A DNA stretch of 64,000 nt from Planctomycetota bacterium (GCA_024280855.1 JAJRPG010000051.1:107-64106); one strand, 5' to 3'; counted from the stretch's first letter, positions 16,425 through 25,812 are shown. Notes: a model not told the origin generated them from the letters alone. Numbers and translations: made by a program.

Positions 16425-17294
16425 CTAGGCCCGGCCTTCGTCTCGTGCCCGCGCGTGATCGATGCAATACTTTGCCCAAGGTTTTGCATGTAGCCGAGCA
16501 TGGCTTATGGTTTTGTGAGTGGCTAGGCAAATGCCGTATGTTTTGTTCTTAATGCGCGACAAGGCATCGTCGATTTCACGAATCCTTTTTTGTTCGTTGA
16601 CGATTAGACCAAGCGTGAATTCATGTTCCCAATTGTCAGTACCCAGGTCAGCCATGTGTACCGGGGCGGATGAGTGTTCCGCGCCGCCTGACCCTGCAGC
16701 TTGTGCAGACGAACCAGACATGTGATTGACGTCGCCGGTGAGTTCGTCTCGTTTTTGAATTAACAGCTTCTTATATTCTCGTAGCTCTTTGGCGCGTAGT
16801 GATGTCTTGGGAGTTTTTCGTTGTTCAATAAATTGAATTGGATCTTCCGTAGTGGCGGCTGTGCTTGTGTGATTGTTAGCTAAACGCGACGACGCTGGCG
16901 TTTTCTTGGGGATATTCATGCCGACGCGAACAGCCAGCTGAGGCTTGGTAGGTTTTTTCTTAGCGATGTTAACCTTTTTGGATGAAGCCACTACTTTCTT
17001 TTTGGCAACCTTCTTAGTTTTTTTCTTTGAAATAGCCGTCAAAGTCCGTTTAGCAGTTTTCTTCGTTACTTTTTTGGTAGCTGACTTTTTAGTTGTAGAT
17101 TTTTTTCTATTTGCCGTGGTCGCCGCCTTCTTCTTCGTCACCTTTTTCTTGGTAGGCTTTTTCGCATTGGACGCCGCAGCGGATTTTGCGGATTTTTTGA
17201 CCTTCTTTGCAGCACGGACACTGGAACTGCCCGTTTTCTTTTTCTTGGAAACGCGACGCTTAGAAGTCGAAGTTTTTTTCACTTTTTTGGCCAA
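16425..17294 (-). CDS. DksA/TraR-family protein with a Lys-rich histone-H1-like N-terminal tail
   Basis: The C-terminal half has DksA-like blocks (DLGTDNWEHEFTLGL, IREIDDALSRIKNKTYGIC...ISHARLHAKPWAKYCIDHAR). The N-terminal roughly 115 aa are K/A/T/S-rich (KKVKKTSTSKRRVSKKKKTGSS...). Confidence 0.65.
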   Translation of the reverse strand: MAKKVKKTSTSKRRVSKKKKTGSSSVRAAKKVKKSAKSAAASNAKKPTKKKVTKKKAATTANRKKSTTKKSATKKVTKKTAKRTLTAISKKKTKKVAKKKVVASSKKVNIAKKKPTKPQLAVRVGMNIPKKTPASSRLANNHTSTAATTEDPIQFIEQRKTPKTSLRAKELREYKKLLIQKRDELTGDVNHMSGSSAQAAGSGGAEHSSAPVHMADLGTDNWEHEFTLGLIVNEQKRIREIDDALSRIKNKTYGICLATHKTISHARLHAKPWAKYCIDHARARDEGRA

Positions 17295-17426
17295 GCTGCT
17301 AACCCCATCGGTGTTGATTATAATTCTGTTCTTTCGTCTCTAATCTCTTTAATAACAAGGACTTACATAAGCATGGAACGCCGAAGTATATGCGCTGGTA
17401 CGCTGATTGTCAAGCGGTTGAATTGT

Positions 17427-19190
17427 CTAGTCCTGTTGATAAAGGACTTCCACTACTGTCGGTTTTTGCACCGTTTGAGGCAGTTGAAACAGCAATTGCC
17501 CCACGCCATCGTGGGAGACTTGCTTCAGGAGAAGGTTGTTCACATACACCCAAGCCGAGGCGTTTGGTGGTCCTTTGATGAGGAAAGCTGGCGAGAACAA
17601 GGGGCGGGGTGAGCCGGGCATTTTTAAGCGAATCCGTCCTTGAGCAGGGATTAATGTCATGCTTCCAGTAGTCGGGTTGAGCCATGCGCTGGATGTTTTT
17701 AGGTCGGAAGCATCCAAGGCATGACCGAGTTCCAGCTCCGCCACCGCGACACGATTGTAAGCTAACGCGCGCTGCTGGGCCTGGGCGTCACTCAGCGTAC
17801 TACTCGAAGTCAGAAATAGTTGAGCGGACCAACGGGCGACTTTTTCGGAACCTGTGTTCGCAACATAGACGACGGTGGTTCGATCTCGATTAGCACTTAA
17901 CTGTTCGACCATTTGCCCACGAGCATTTTCCTGGTCAGTCTTAGCCATGAAAAGTAGCGCGGCGTCCGTAGCACGAAGCCGCACTAACGCATAAGGCTGG
18001 GAATCGGTGTCGCCTTCCGTTTGACTTTGCGTTCTCACAATGTCGCCATCGCGCGTCGCGACGGATATAGCTAAGCCCATATCGCCCGCGTTCCAATCCG
18101 GGCTTCGCTGCGTCGCCTGGACATCAACGAATACCTGTCCGGTTGCGTAAATGGTGTACGTCCATCGATGCACCGGACGATTCGTATAGGCCTGCGCGGG
18201 GTCATCCACAAAATGCCATGTGGTCTCCATGACAATGCGTGTTTCATTCATTTCTGGAAGCTGGCTACGCACCACTACTTGTTCACCCAGCTTTTTGAAG
18301 TCTTGCTCAACAGAGGTCGAAAGCGCTGCCCGAATTGGCATAGGCCCCAGCGTGGTGTGATCGCACAAATTGTGCAGACGATACGGATCCCCCGAAGTTT
18401 GATACCAGCCTACGATCTGTCCGTTGGCAAACTCAAGCTCAAATTTTCCGCCAGCGCCGACGCGCCATCGTCGCCCCACTCGTTGCGCGTATAGCAAGCC
18501 TTCTTTATTTTCTGCGTTACCAAAAATAGATTCACGATGCGCCGCTAGAATAATATCATCAATCAATAGCTCGACCGGCTTAATGACTTTGTCTAGTGAG
18601 AGCCTGATCTCGCGTACGTCATCGAGTGCCAACCTCTCGCCGACTTCTGCAAGGTCAACGGCTAACTCATTCCAGCCTTGATGAAGTTGAAGCGGTGTCC
18701 CCGCCGAGACGCGATCGCGCAAAGGCCCCGCCGACAGAGTAAGTTGTAACTTGGCTTGTGGAACGGGCGAAAACACGGACATCATAAGCAGGTCGTAGTC
18801 TCGCCAATCTCTTTTAAGAAACCAATTTTCCGCGCGGTCGCTATTCAGCACCGCCGAGTCGTGCGTAGAACCAGCCGTAAACGCAAGACAGCGTCGGCCA
18901 GTTTCACTACGTCCTCGACGTGCATCCAAAATGCAACGAGCCTGCGGCGATACACTACTAAGTTGCACCAGCTCCATGTGCGAGTCATTTTCAAAATCTG
19001 CAATAACGGCAAATCGCCCGCTGCTAAGTTCGGAATATGTGCGAATCAATCGATCGGTCTGCGTAGGGTCGTTAACGCCAACAGGCGGCGCTGTTTGGCA
19101 ACCACTTAGCCAAGACAGTGAAAGCGCTAGCCAGCCAATAATACTCAGGCGATGAAAAAGCCGTACATTTATGTATCGTGGTGTGTCCAT
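17427..19190 (-). CDS. Hypothetical lipoprotein (about 588 aa from the MDTPRY start)
   Basis: Signal peptide with lipobox (LALSLSWLSGCQTAP). The ORF is long with uniform coding character. No family was recognised. Confidence 0.5.
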   Translation of the reverse strand: MDTPRYINVRLFHRLSIIGWLALSLSWLSGCQTAPPVGVNDPTQTDRLIRTYSELSSGRFAVIADFENDSHMELVQLSSVSPQARCILDARRGRSETGRRCLAFTAGSTHDSAVLNSDRAENWFLKRDWRDYDLLMMSVFSPVPQAKLQLTLSAGPLRDRVSAGTPLQLHQGWNELAVDLAEVGERLALDDVREIRLSLDKVIKPVELLIDDIILAAHRESIFGNAENKEGLLYAQRVGRRWRVGAGGKFELEFANGQIVGWYQTSGDPYRLHNLCDHTTLGPMPIRAALSTSVEQDFKKLGEQVVVRSQLPEMNETRIVMETTWHFVDDPAQAYTNRPVHRWTYTIYATGQVFVDVQATQRSPDWNAGDMGLAISVATRDGDIVRTQSQTEGDTDSQPYALVRLRATDAALLFMAKTDQENARGQMVEQLSANRDRTTVVYVANTGSEKVARWSAQLFLTSSSTLSDAQAQQRALAYNRVAVAELELGHALDASDLKTSSAWLNPTTGSMTLIPAQGRIRLKMPGSPRPLFSPAFLIKGPPNASAWVYVNNLLLKQVSHDGVGQLLFQLPQTVQKPTVVEVLYQQD

Positions 19191-19364
19191 ATCACAGATA
19201 AATAGCCTAGAGCGAGGGTCTACGCAATTGTTGAGCCAAGTAGCCGCTTGATACGCACGATTTCGGGCTATGATGATTAGAAAATATGGTAAGATAGTCA
19301 TGAGTGGTAATTATTCAGGTGCGCTAACTAGGCATGTGGCTATATGAGGGAGGCGTGATTCGTC

Positions 19365-19586
19365 GTGAGAAAAAATATAACTATGGCAGGTCGGGTTGCC
19401 AGGGCGATATCGGGCGCGATATTTATCGGCGCTGGCGTGGCCTGTTGGTTGTATGCTTGGCCGGAGAGTATCGGCTGGCGCTGGACCGTAATCAGCGTAG
19501 CTGTGCTTTTAGGCCTATTCCAAATGTTTGAAGCAAGAAAATCCTGGTGTGTAACACGCGCTTGCGGATTCAAAACGCCTATGTGA
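19365..19586 (+). CDS. Small YgaP-like / DUF2892-type membrane protein
   Basis: About 70 aa with two hydrophobic helices and a C-terminal WCVTRACGFKTP motif resembling the DUF2892 C-terminal Cys motif. Assigned from memory. Confidence 0.45.
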   Translation: MRKNITMAGRVARAISGAIFIGAGVACWLYAWPESIGWRWTVISVAVLLGLFQMFEARKSWCVTRACGFKTPM

Positions 19587-19780
19587 TATTAGCCGATCAT
19601 AAAAACTGTTGCGCTTGTTATCTGGACGCATCCCTGTGAATAGTGATCTATCAAACTTATTCACTCATGCTATAATTTGAATTGTCTCTTGCGGATTGTT
19701 GAGGAATTTGAACAATCCAATTTTCAGTGTGCGTATCTTAGAGATTCTGGGGCGAGCTTTTTTGAAGGACGTTTGAAATC

Positions 19781-20227
19781 ATGGCCGATGCGAAAATTAT
19801 CGTGGTAGGCCCGAGTGAAGTTGAACTCATTACGGACCTATACAACCAAGTCTTCTCCCCCGGTGTGGACACCGAATTTTTTACACGACGCTTTGCAGGC
19901 CGTCACAACGAAACGATGATGGTCGCGATGATCGAAGGTATGCATGTAGGTTTCATCATCGGCTTTGAGTTAATGCCCTCCACCTATTTCACCTGGCTAT
20001 GCGGCGTCCTGCCAGACTTTAGACGAGCGCGCGTGTCTACTCAACTCATGCAAGCTCTATTTGCATGGTCTAGAGATAATGACTATTCAATTCTGCGCTT
20101 CGAGTGTCGCAACCAACACCGCCCCATGCTACACGTAGCCATCACCGAAGGCTTCGACTTAGTGGGCATGCGCTACGACACCTTCACGGCCAATAACGTA
20201 GCCATTTTTGAAAAAGAGTTACGCTAG
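19781..20227 (+). CDS. GNAT-family N-acetyltransferase (putative)
   Basis: 148 aa. The block RRARVSTQLMQALFAWSRDNDYSILRFEC resembles the acetyl-CoA-binding motif A region of GNATs. Confidence 0.5.
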   Translation: MADAKIIVVGPSEVELITDLYNQVFSPGVDTEFFTRRFAGRHNETMMVAMIEGMHVGFIIGFELMPSTYFTWLCGVLPDFRRARVSTQLMQALFAWSRDNDYSILRFECRNQHRPMLHVAITEGFDLVGMRYDTFTANNVAIFEKELR

Positions 20228-20251
20228 AAATTCCGTGTAAGTTTTCGCATC

Positions 20252-20281
20252 GAGCCGCGAGCTTCAGCCCGCGCGGACGTG
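20252..20281. repeat. GC-rich palindromic intergenic repeat, copy 2 (inverted relative to copy 1)
   Basis: GAGCCGCGAGCTTCAGCCCGCGCGGACGTG lies 25 nt after the stop of 19781-20227. It is the reverse complement of the 4069-4098 sequence apart from a few substitutions. Confidence 0.65.
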
Positions 20282-20427
20282 GGAATGTAATTGAGAATCG
20301 TTGATTAATAATTAGTCGCTAAAATTGTACATCGGCAGGTCTTAGATGTTATGCGAATCTATTCTCAAATATACGATCTTCAAGTATTGCGCAATGGGCA
20401 TGAGGTGAAAAGAGGTGTCTTCGCAAC

Positions 20428-20934
20428 ATGACACGGCGCTCCTATCGTAAATGTGCTTATATTGGATTCTTCCTATCTGGCTTAAGCATTTTGCTGCTTA
20501 TTATCAGTGTCGATTATACCTTCGGATGGTCGGGCCGTTATGTAAGTATCAATTGCTATAATGGAGTGATTGATTGCTTCGTTTACGAAGGATTCAAACA
20601 GTTTCCGTGGGCGGAGGACTACGGTTTCTATGGGGGGAGTGAATCAGTACATGACGCAAATTTTATGGCTCGTCTGTTGTTTATCGACATGAGGTGGTTG
20701 CCAAAAATAACTAACATCTTCAACTTAATCTCGCTCGAAATTCCATTGTGGATGTTTGGATTGTTGTTCGCACTGTTGTCTGCAGGATTTCGTAAGTATG
20801 GCGGGAGGATTCGCCCTGGCCATTGCTACCATTGCGATTACGATCTTACCGGTAACAAATCGGGCGTCTGTTCGGAATGCGGCACTGATATTCCAGACTG
20901 TCAGGCGGTTGACCCCAATCAAAAGGGCGAATGA
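20428..20934 (+). CDS. Membrane protein with a C-terminal CxxC...CxxC zinc-ribbon
   Basis: Two or three hydrophobic helices are followed by GHCYHCDYDLTGNKSGVCSECGTDI. This is the same CxxC(G/D)Y(N/D)L.G...CxECG motif as 2355-4013 but at the opposite end of the protein. Confidence 0.5.
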   Translation: MTRRSYRKCAYIGFFLSGLSILLLIISVDYTFGWSGRYVSINCYNGVIDCFVYEGFKQFPWAEDYGFYGGSESVHDANFMARLLFIDMRWLPKITNIFNLISLEIPLWMFGLLFALLSAGFRKYGGRIRPGHCYHCDYDLTGNKSGVCSECGTDIPDCQAVDPNQKGE

Positions 20935-21450
20935 CTAGTCCTGCCGCCTTTCAAAAGCATAAAGTACAGCCTCGGTTCCATCATAATCCGCATATCCTTC
21001 AAAACTCATCCCGCACTTTTCAAGCACGCGAACCGAAGCTTTGTTTTCAGGAATAGCCATGCCGATAATGCGTTTCAAATTTAACACTTCAAAACCATAT
21101 TGTATTGAAGCCAACCCCGATTCCGTGGCTAGTCCTTTCCCCCAAAATTCTGGAAAGAAGCGATAACCCAAATCGACTTCACCATGAAATTTTTCCAGAA
21201 ACTTCAAGCCGGAAAACCCGATAAACTTTCCGGTTTCTTTAAGAATGCAAGACCATCTTCCGAAGCCATGTTTCTTGTAATCGGGATAGTCCACAATCCT
21301 CTGACGCATTTCTTCGACGCTGCTCGGCGCAGTTTCGGCAGTAAGATAACGCATGACCGCTGGGTCGTTGTACATCGCTAAGAACGGCTCCGCATCATCA
21401 GGATGAAATGGCCTCATACCTAGTCGGTCGGTTTCTACGATAAAAGACAT
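20935..21450 (-). CDS. GNAT N-acetyltransferase, RimJ/RimL-like (start at MSFIVETDRL)
   Basis: TDRLGMRPFHPDDAEPFLAMYNDPAVMRYL, LGYRFFPEFWGKGLATE and NKASVRVLEKCGMSFEG are typical of the Acetyltransf_3/RimJ-like subfamily. Confidence 0.8.
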   Translation of the reverse strand: MSFIVETDRLGMRPFHPDDAEPFLAMYNDPAVMRYLTAETAPSSVEEMRQRIVDYPDYKKHGFGRWSCILKETGKFIGFSGLKFLEKFHGEVDLGYRFFPEFWGKGLATESGLASIQYGFEVLNLKRIIGMAIPENKASVRVLEKCGMSFEGYADYDGTEAVLYAFERRQD

Positions 21451-21575
21451 CTCTTCATGCTCGCATAGACGACGAGACGCCGCAACTTTGAGTAGCGCGG
21501 GTGCTCCAATCAGAGCCGCACGGCGCAAGCCTGCGGGCATGTATTACGAGGTTCGTGTTGAATCATGGAGGCAGT

Positions 21576-22349
21576 CTACTGTTTGCCACCAGGCTCGCGC
21601 CAGGTGCTCTGATGTATCAAGATGAGATCGATCTCATTTTTCATATTCCATGTCGTAGCATATTCATGTCTGGCGCGTTCGAAGTGCTTACGGATATAGT
21701 CCTGCATCAGCCAATGGCACATCTGCGATTCCTGCACCGTCCTATCATCCCACCACGGCCCCAACCAAAGTCTATCCTGCCGTCCGTGAATCATAAGTTT
21801 AGTATGATAGAAATCGACAAGATGTCTAAGAGCGGGCGATGTGTTTTGACATTGCAAATCCCATTCATCCAAATACGGCAATAAATCGTCCTCAGCCTGA
21901 GCGATGGCGCTTATCGCATCACCGATTTTTAGATTTGATGGATAATAGCTTATAGTCCAACGCCACCATTCAATAAGAAAAGTACGAACAGCTAGCAATT
22001 CCTTGTTAGGCCAAGATAGCCAGTGAGAATGCCGTAAGGTGCTAAGGTAAATTTCTGTCATATCATTATTGTAGAGTTCGTCTGGCAAGAGTTCAAAAAA
22101 GCGGGGCAGGAAATGCTTCCAATCTGTAATACTACCGTGAGTTCCGACCGCAACAGAAGCGAATACATGTATTGTATTTGCATCGAGTAAACGAAGCGGT
22201 TTAGCAAAAAGTGCTTCCAACTCCTGCTCATTAACGCAGTTACCACAAATACCAATTGATGTCGGCTGGGCTTTATACGATGCAAAAGCCGCGTATAGAG
22301 TTTTAATACTACCGGCAAACTCGCTGGACCAAGGATGATTAGTACCCAT
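21576..22349 (-). CDS. Hypothetical protein (257 aa, Trp-rich, no recognised family)
   Basis: Long ORF on the same strand and immediately upstream of the GNAT gene. No motif was recognised. Confidence 0.45.
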   Translation of the reverse strand: MGTNHPWSSEFAGSIKTLYAAFASYKAQPTSIGICGNCVNEQELEALFAKPLRLLDANTIHVFASVAVGTHGSITDWKHFLPRFFELLPDELYNNDMTEIYLSTLRHSHWLSWPNKELLAVRTFLIEWWRWTISYYPSNLKIGDAISAIAQAEDDLLPYLDEWDLQCQNTSPALRHLVDFYHTKLMIHGRQDRLWLGPWWDDRTVQESQMCHWLMQDYIRKHFERARHEYATTWNMKNEIDLILIHQSTWREPGGKQ

Positions 22350-22580
22350 TTGTATTACCGAAAATCAGAACTCGTGATGCTCGTTGAACAGATAGTGTTG
22401 CGGCAACTCTTAAAGAAAACGCAATCCCGCCGACAGCAATCCATAATAAGAATGAAATCACTTAATTTCAAGAGTACTTCATTTCTAGGCATTATTTAGA
22501 TGTATGTTTTCGCAGCTTCTTCCTTAAAAACCTCATCTTTGCCTGCAAGCGTCCGAACCTCATGAGCCGATATACATCCT

Positions 22581-24491
22581 ATGATGACAGGGTCTCAGGC
22601 TTTACCTTCCGTGTTCGCCCATTTGGATCAGCACGCCAACCCGGCTGTGGACATGGCTCTATGGCAAGCACTGCCCCATCTGTCCGCGCCGGCTGACGAA
22701 GCGGCGATTGATCTATTGGTGAAGCGGATGCGAAAGCCGGTGGTCGTGTCTTTAATCGGGCACTTCACCCACATGGAACATCGCTTGCAATCACTTCTAC
22801 TAAATCGTGTGCATGATCTAACGCCAGCTATCCGTCAGGCGATGGGGTCCGCTGATATAAATCAACGTCTCGGCGCTATCGAGATCATTCGGCAAAGCCA
22901 GGACTTTTCGCTCGCCTATTTGCTCGGTGAAGCCATTCGCGCCCGATGCGAACAAACGCACAAGTTAGCGGCTCTTTCTCTTTATGAGATGACCGCTAGA
23001 TGGCTTGATGTAGCTACTCACCCGGAGTCGCTCAACGATTCAAGTCATCGCACACGATGTCAGCAGGCGTTGTGTGAAGGTCTGCGCACAGCCCTGAACC
23101 GCTGGGACCATCATCGACAACGAAACGTACTCGAAGCAGCTCTATGGATGGGTGACGCTCTTAAAGATGATATCGCTTCGCTGGCATCAGACCCACGCCA
23201 TCCGGTCTTGCATGCGATGCGGGGCATTCTAAAAACTTCGACCGACACACGCTTAGCTGGTTTTGCCCTACAGGCACTAGCCGTGACGCCGCTCAAAGAC
23301 GCAGCTGTCACCTCCATTTCGCAGGCCAATGACCCAACATTTGCAGCAGCGATTTTGGATAACACCTGGCGGCTGGCAGACCCACGTATTCAGCGGGCTT
23401 TTCGAAAAGTAAATCTGACACCCTGGCTAATGGGCGCGGCGCCTTTGTTGGATAGTTTGGACGAATCGCAATTGACGAATTTCGTGCGTCGTCTCAAGGA
23501 TTCTGGCGGCACAGGCCAGGACAAGTTCGATCACCTGCGACTTTTGCTAGCTAGCGATTCTGATGTCGTGCGCGAAGCGGCGATCTGGGAAATAATTTCG
23601 GATCAAAGTGATAAAGCGACTTCTCTTCTTGAAACCATGACGAGCAGACGGCGTGACCGGGTGGCTAGCTTAGCCCTGCGAGAATTACAACGTCGAGACC
23701 CGGAGTTCAAGGTTCAAACTGCTATAGTAGGTCAAACAGGAGGGGAAGCCGGGCACGAGCGAGATCGAGTGCAAGCCGCGTGGCATCAATTAGCCCAGGA
23801 TTTGGATGCGGGTATTGAGTCAATGCGCGTGTGCCATGGCGCACACAAGTCTACGGTGTTCATGTTCTTGCGGGCTAAGAGTGCGTCAAGTCGCACACCG
23901 GACCGTGTCAAATTATTGCAAGTTGTTCTGGCGCTCGATCTTATCCCAGATATGCAGGAGCAGGTTTACAGTTTGTCGTATGATCCAGATGTTTTTGTAA
24001 GAGCCAGTGCGATAAGTATGTTGCCTTGGCTACCGGGCGTTATTTCGGAGCGCATTCTGCGGGCCGCGCTAAACGATCCTGATGATCGCGTGGTAGCCAA
24101 TGCGATCGAAGCGCTGGAAGAGTTAGGTGCGTTGGGATTGGAATTAGAAAATCAGACAGAAGAAAAACTGTCCTCGCCGAGTGCGCGGGTGCGGGCCAAT
24201 GCCATCAAGTCGTTGATACGCTCAGAAAATAAACAAGCCGCCGAGTCGCTTTTGGAGATGTTGAGTCATCCGTCTCAGGCTTATCGTCTCAGCGCGCTGT
24301 GGGTGGTGGAGCGTTCTAATCTTCGCTCGATTCTAAATGATGTCGTGCACATGTCACAAAATGATCCCGATGATCGTGTGCGACGACGGGCACAAAGATT
24401 ACTGCGCGGATGGGGCGGAGCGTTTGCTGATAGCGACGACATGTTTTCTTTGGAACACTTATTTGCGTCACACGCGGGGGGTGAAAGTTGA
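22581..24491 (+). CDS. HEAT-repeat protein (636 aa)
   Basis: Repeated HEAT/PBS-lyase-like units, especially at the C-terminus (DPDVFVRASAISML, DPDDRVVANAIEALEEL, SPSARVRANAIKSL, DPDDRVRRRAQRLL). Confidence 0.6.
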   Translation: MMTGSQALPSVFAHLDQHANPAVDMALWQALPHLSAPADEAAIDLLVKRMRKPVVVSLIGHFTHMEHRLQSLLLNRVHDLTPAIRQAMGSADINQRLGAIEIIRQSQDFSLAYLLGEAIRARCEQTHKLAALSLYEMTARWLDVATHPESLNDSSHRTRCQQALCEGLRTALNRWDHHRQRNVLEAALWMGDALKDDIASLASDPRHPVLHAMRGILKTSTDTRLAGFALQALAVTPLKDAAVTSISQANDPTFAAAILDNTWRLADPRIQRAFRKVNLTPWLMGAAPLLDSLDESQLTNFVRRLKDSGGTGQDKFDHLRLLLASDSDVVREAAIWEIISDQSDKATSLLETMTSRRRDRVASLALRELQRRDPEFKVQTAIVGQTGGEAGHERDRVQAAWHQLAQDLDAGIESMRVCHGAHKSTVFMFLRAKSASSRTPDRVKLLQVVLALDLIPDMQEQVYSLSYDPDVFVRASAISMLPWLPGVISERILRAALNDPDDRVVANAIEALEELGALGLELENQTEEKLSSPSARVRANAIKSLIRSENKQAAESLLEMLSHPSQAYRLSALWVVERSNLRSILNDVVHMSQNDPDDRVRRRAQRLLRGWGGAFADSDDMFSLEHLFASHAGGES

Positions 24492-24925
24492 ACGACTCAA
24501 TACCATTTGATGGCCGAATACTCAGTCCGGTTCAGCAGGCGGTAAAAGACCATTTTCGTGACGGTGGCTCTTGGGTGGCGATCTTGGTCGTCCTGGGGAT
24601 TTTAGCGGCGGTGATTTGCGCCATTACTATCGTGAACCACTATCAACAGCGAAAGCATATTCTCAAGCCATTAGCCAGCGATCCTCAAAAACTGTTCGAA
24701 GGGCTGACGCACGGTTTAGCATTGCCACCGTCACAGGCTACCTTGCTCACGGAAATTGTCCGTGATTTGAAGCTGGCTCATCCTACCGTGTTGCTGATGA
24801 GTTGTAGCTTCTATGACGCCTCAATGTCTCGTTGGGTTCGACAAGCCCGCTTGTCGTCGGAGAAGTTATCAACGACGCAGCAATCACTAATGAACCTCAG
24901 AAACCGTTTGTTTCCCAACGCCTAA
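24488..24925 (+). CDS. Hypothetical single-pass membrane protein, translationally coupled to the HEAT protein
   Basis: A TTG start overlaps the upstream stop by 4 nt. One TM helix (WVAILVVLGILAAVICAITIV). Confidence 0.4.
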   Translation: MNDSIPFDGRILSPVQQAVKDHFRDGGSWVAILVVLGILAAVICAITIVNHYQQRKHILKPLASDPQKLFEGLTHGLALPPSQATLLTEIVRDLKLAHPTVLLMSCSFYDASMSRWVRQARLSSEKLSTTQQSLMNLRNRLFPNA

Positions 24926-25741
24926 GACTGGGACGATGCATGGCTGCGCTCGCCTCCGTGCTAGCGCCGCCCGCACCAATACGCCCATTCAAGGAGATTG
25001 TGTAAACGGTTCAATGTCCTTTTTGAAGCTTCACTGAATGCCAGGCAATTAAATAACCCTTACTATTTAGAAAATGCGATCCAGCTCATCGACAAATCGA
25101 TTAAAGCCGCTCGAATTATTCCTGTTTTGGTCGATCAGGAGCTGGCCGGTGGCCGCTTCTACTCCAGCGAAGACGGCCTGGACGTTTCGAGCGTTACAGG
25201 AACTGCCGTAAAGCGTTGTTGCTCCGAGGCTTACGACGATGGTTCGCCATACATTTTTTTTCCAATTAGTACGCATGATATTGTTTCCTATGTTTTCCAT
25301 GTTGCCCATTTCAACATTCTCATTTCCGCAGTATCGGATGGAGTGATAAAAAATCTTCAGACGATTTGGAAAGATATTTACCTATTTTAACATCGTGAAG
25401 TTTCGTCCTGGGGTATGAGTTGGTGCTGACAGTATTGGAAAAGGGGCTGAAGTTGTATTATTGACAATATCAATAACAGTTCGTAACCTCTTGCCGAGCC
25501 GAGTGGTCCTTGACCAGAGATTGAGGATTGTTTTGGCTAATCCGTTGTTGACTGGCATCAATGGGGTGAATGGGTTTGATTTTTGGCTCATAGTGGACGT
25601 GGCTCCTCGCGGCGCGGCGTTCAGGCCTCCGATGTGGTACTGCAGCCGCGAACCCTTCGGAATGCGGCGTTCTATACATAGCGACATGCGGATTTGCGAT
25701 GCCGAATGTTGATGGCCTTGACCTTGATTTTAGGTTCAAGC

Positions 25742-25812
25742 TGCCCGGTGGTGTAATGGTAACACACCAGGTTTTGGTCCTGGCGTTCCAGGTTCGAGCC
25801 CTGGCCGGGTAA
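25742..25812 (+). tRNA. tRNA-Gln (anticodon UUG)
   Basis: Manual cloverleaf: acceptor TGCCCGG/CCGGGTA, D-stem GTGT/ACAC, anticodon stem CCAGG/CCTGG with loop TTTTGGT (anticodon TTG), T-arm CCAGG-TTCGAGC-CCTGG, discriminator A. The U1:A72 pair is typical of bacterial tRNA-Gln. CCA is not encoded. Confidence 0.9.

Noticed and set aside
16945-17343. Plus-strand 132-aa Phe-rich ORF
   Set aside because: It is the antisense reading of the Lys-rich (AAG/AAA) tail of the DksA-like gene, where poly-Lys codons read as poly-Phe on the other strand.
25444-25470. GGGGCTGAAGTTG, and a second GGGGCTGATTCTA at 47963-47975, resembling the tmRNA 5-prime end
   Set aside because: Neither has a matching 3-prime tRNA-like end (T-arm plus CAGCCCC-ACCA), a tag reading frame, or enough space (the PFOR gene starts 150 nt after the second). 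Both are judged coincidental.
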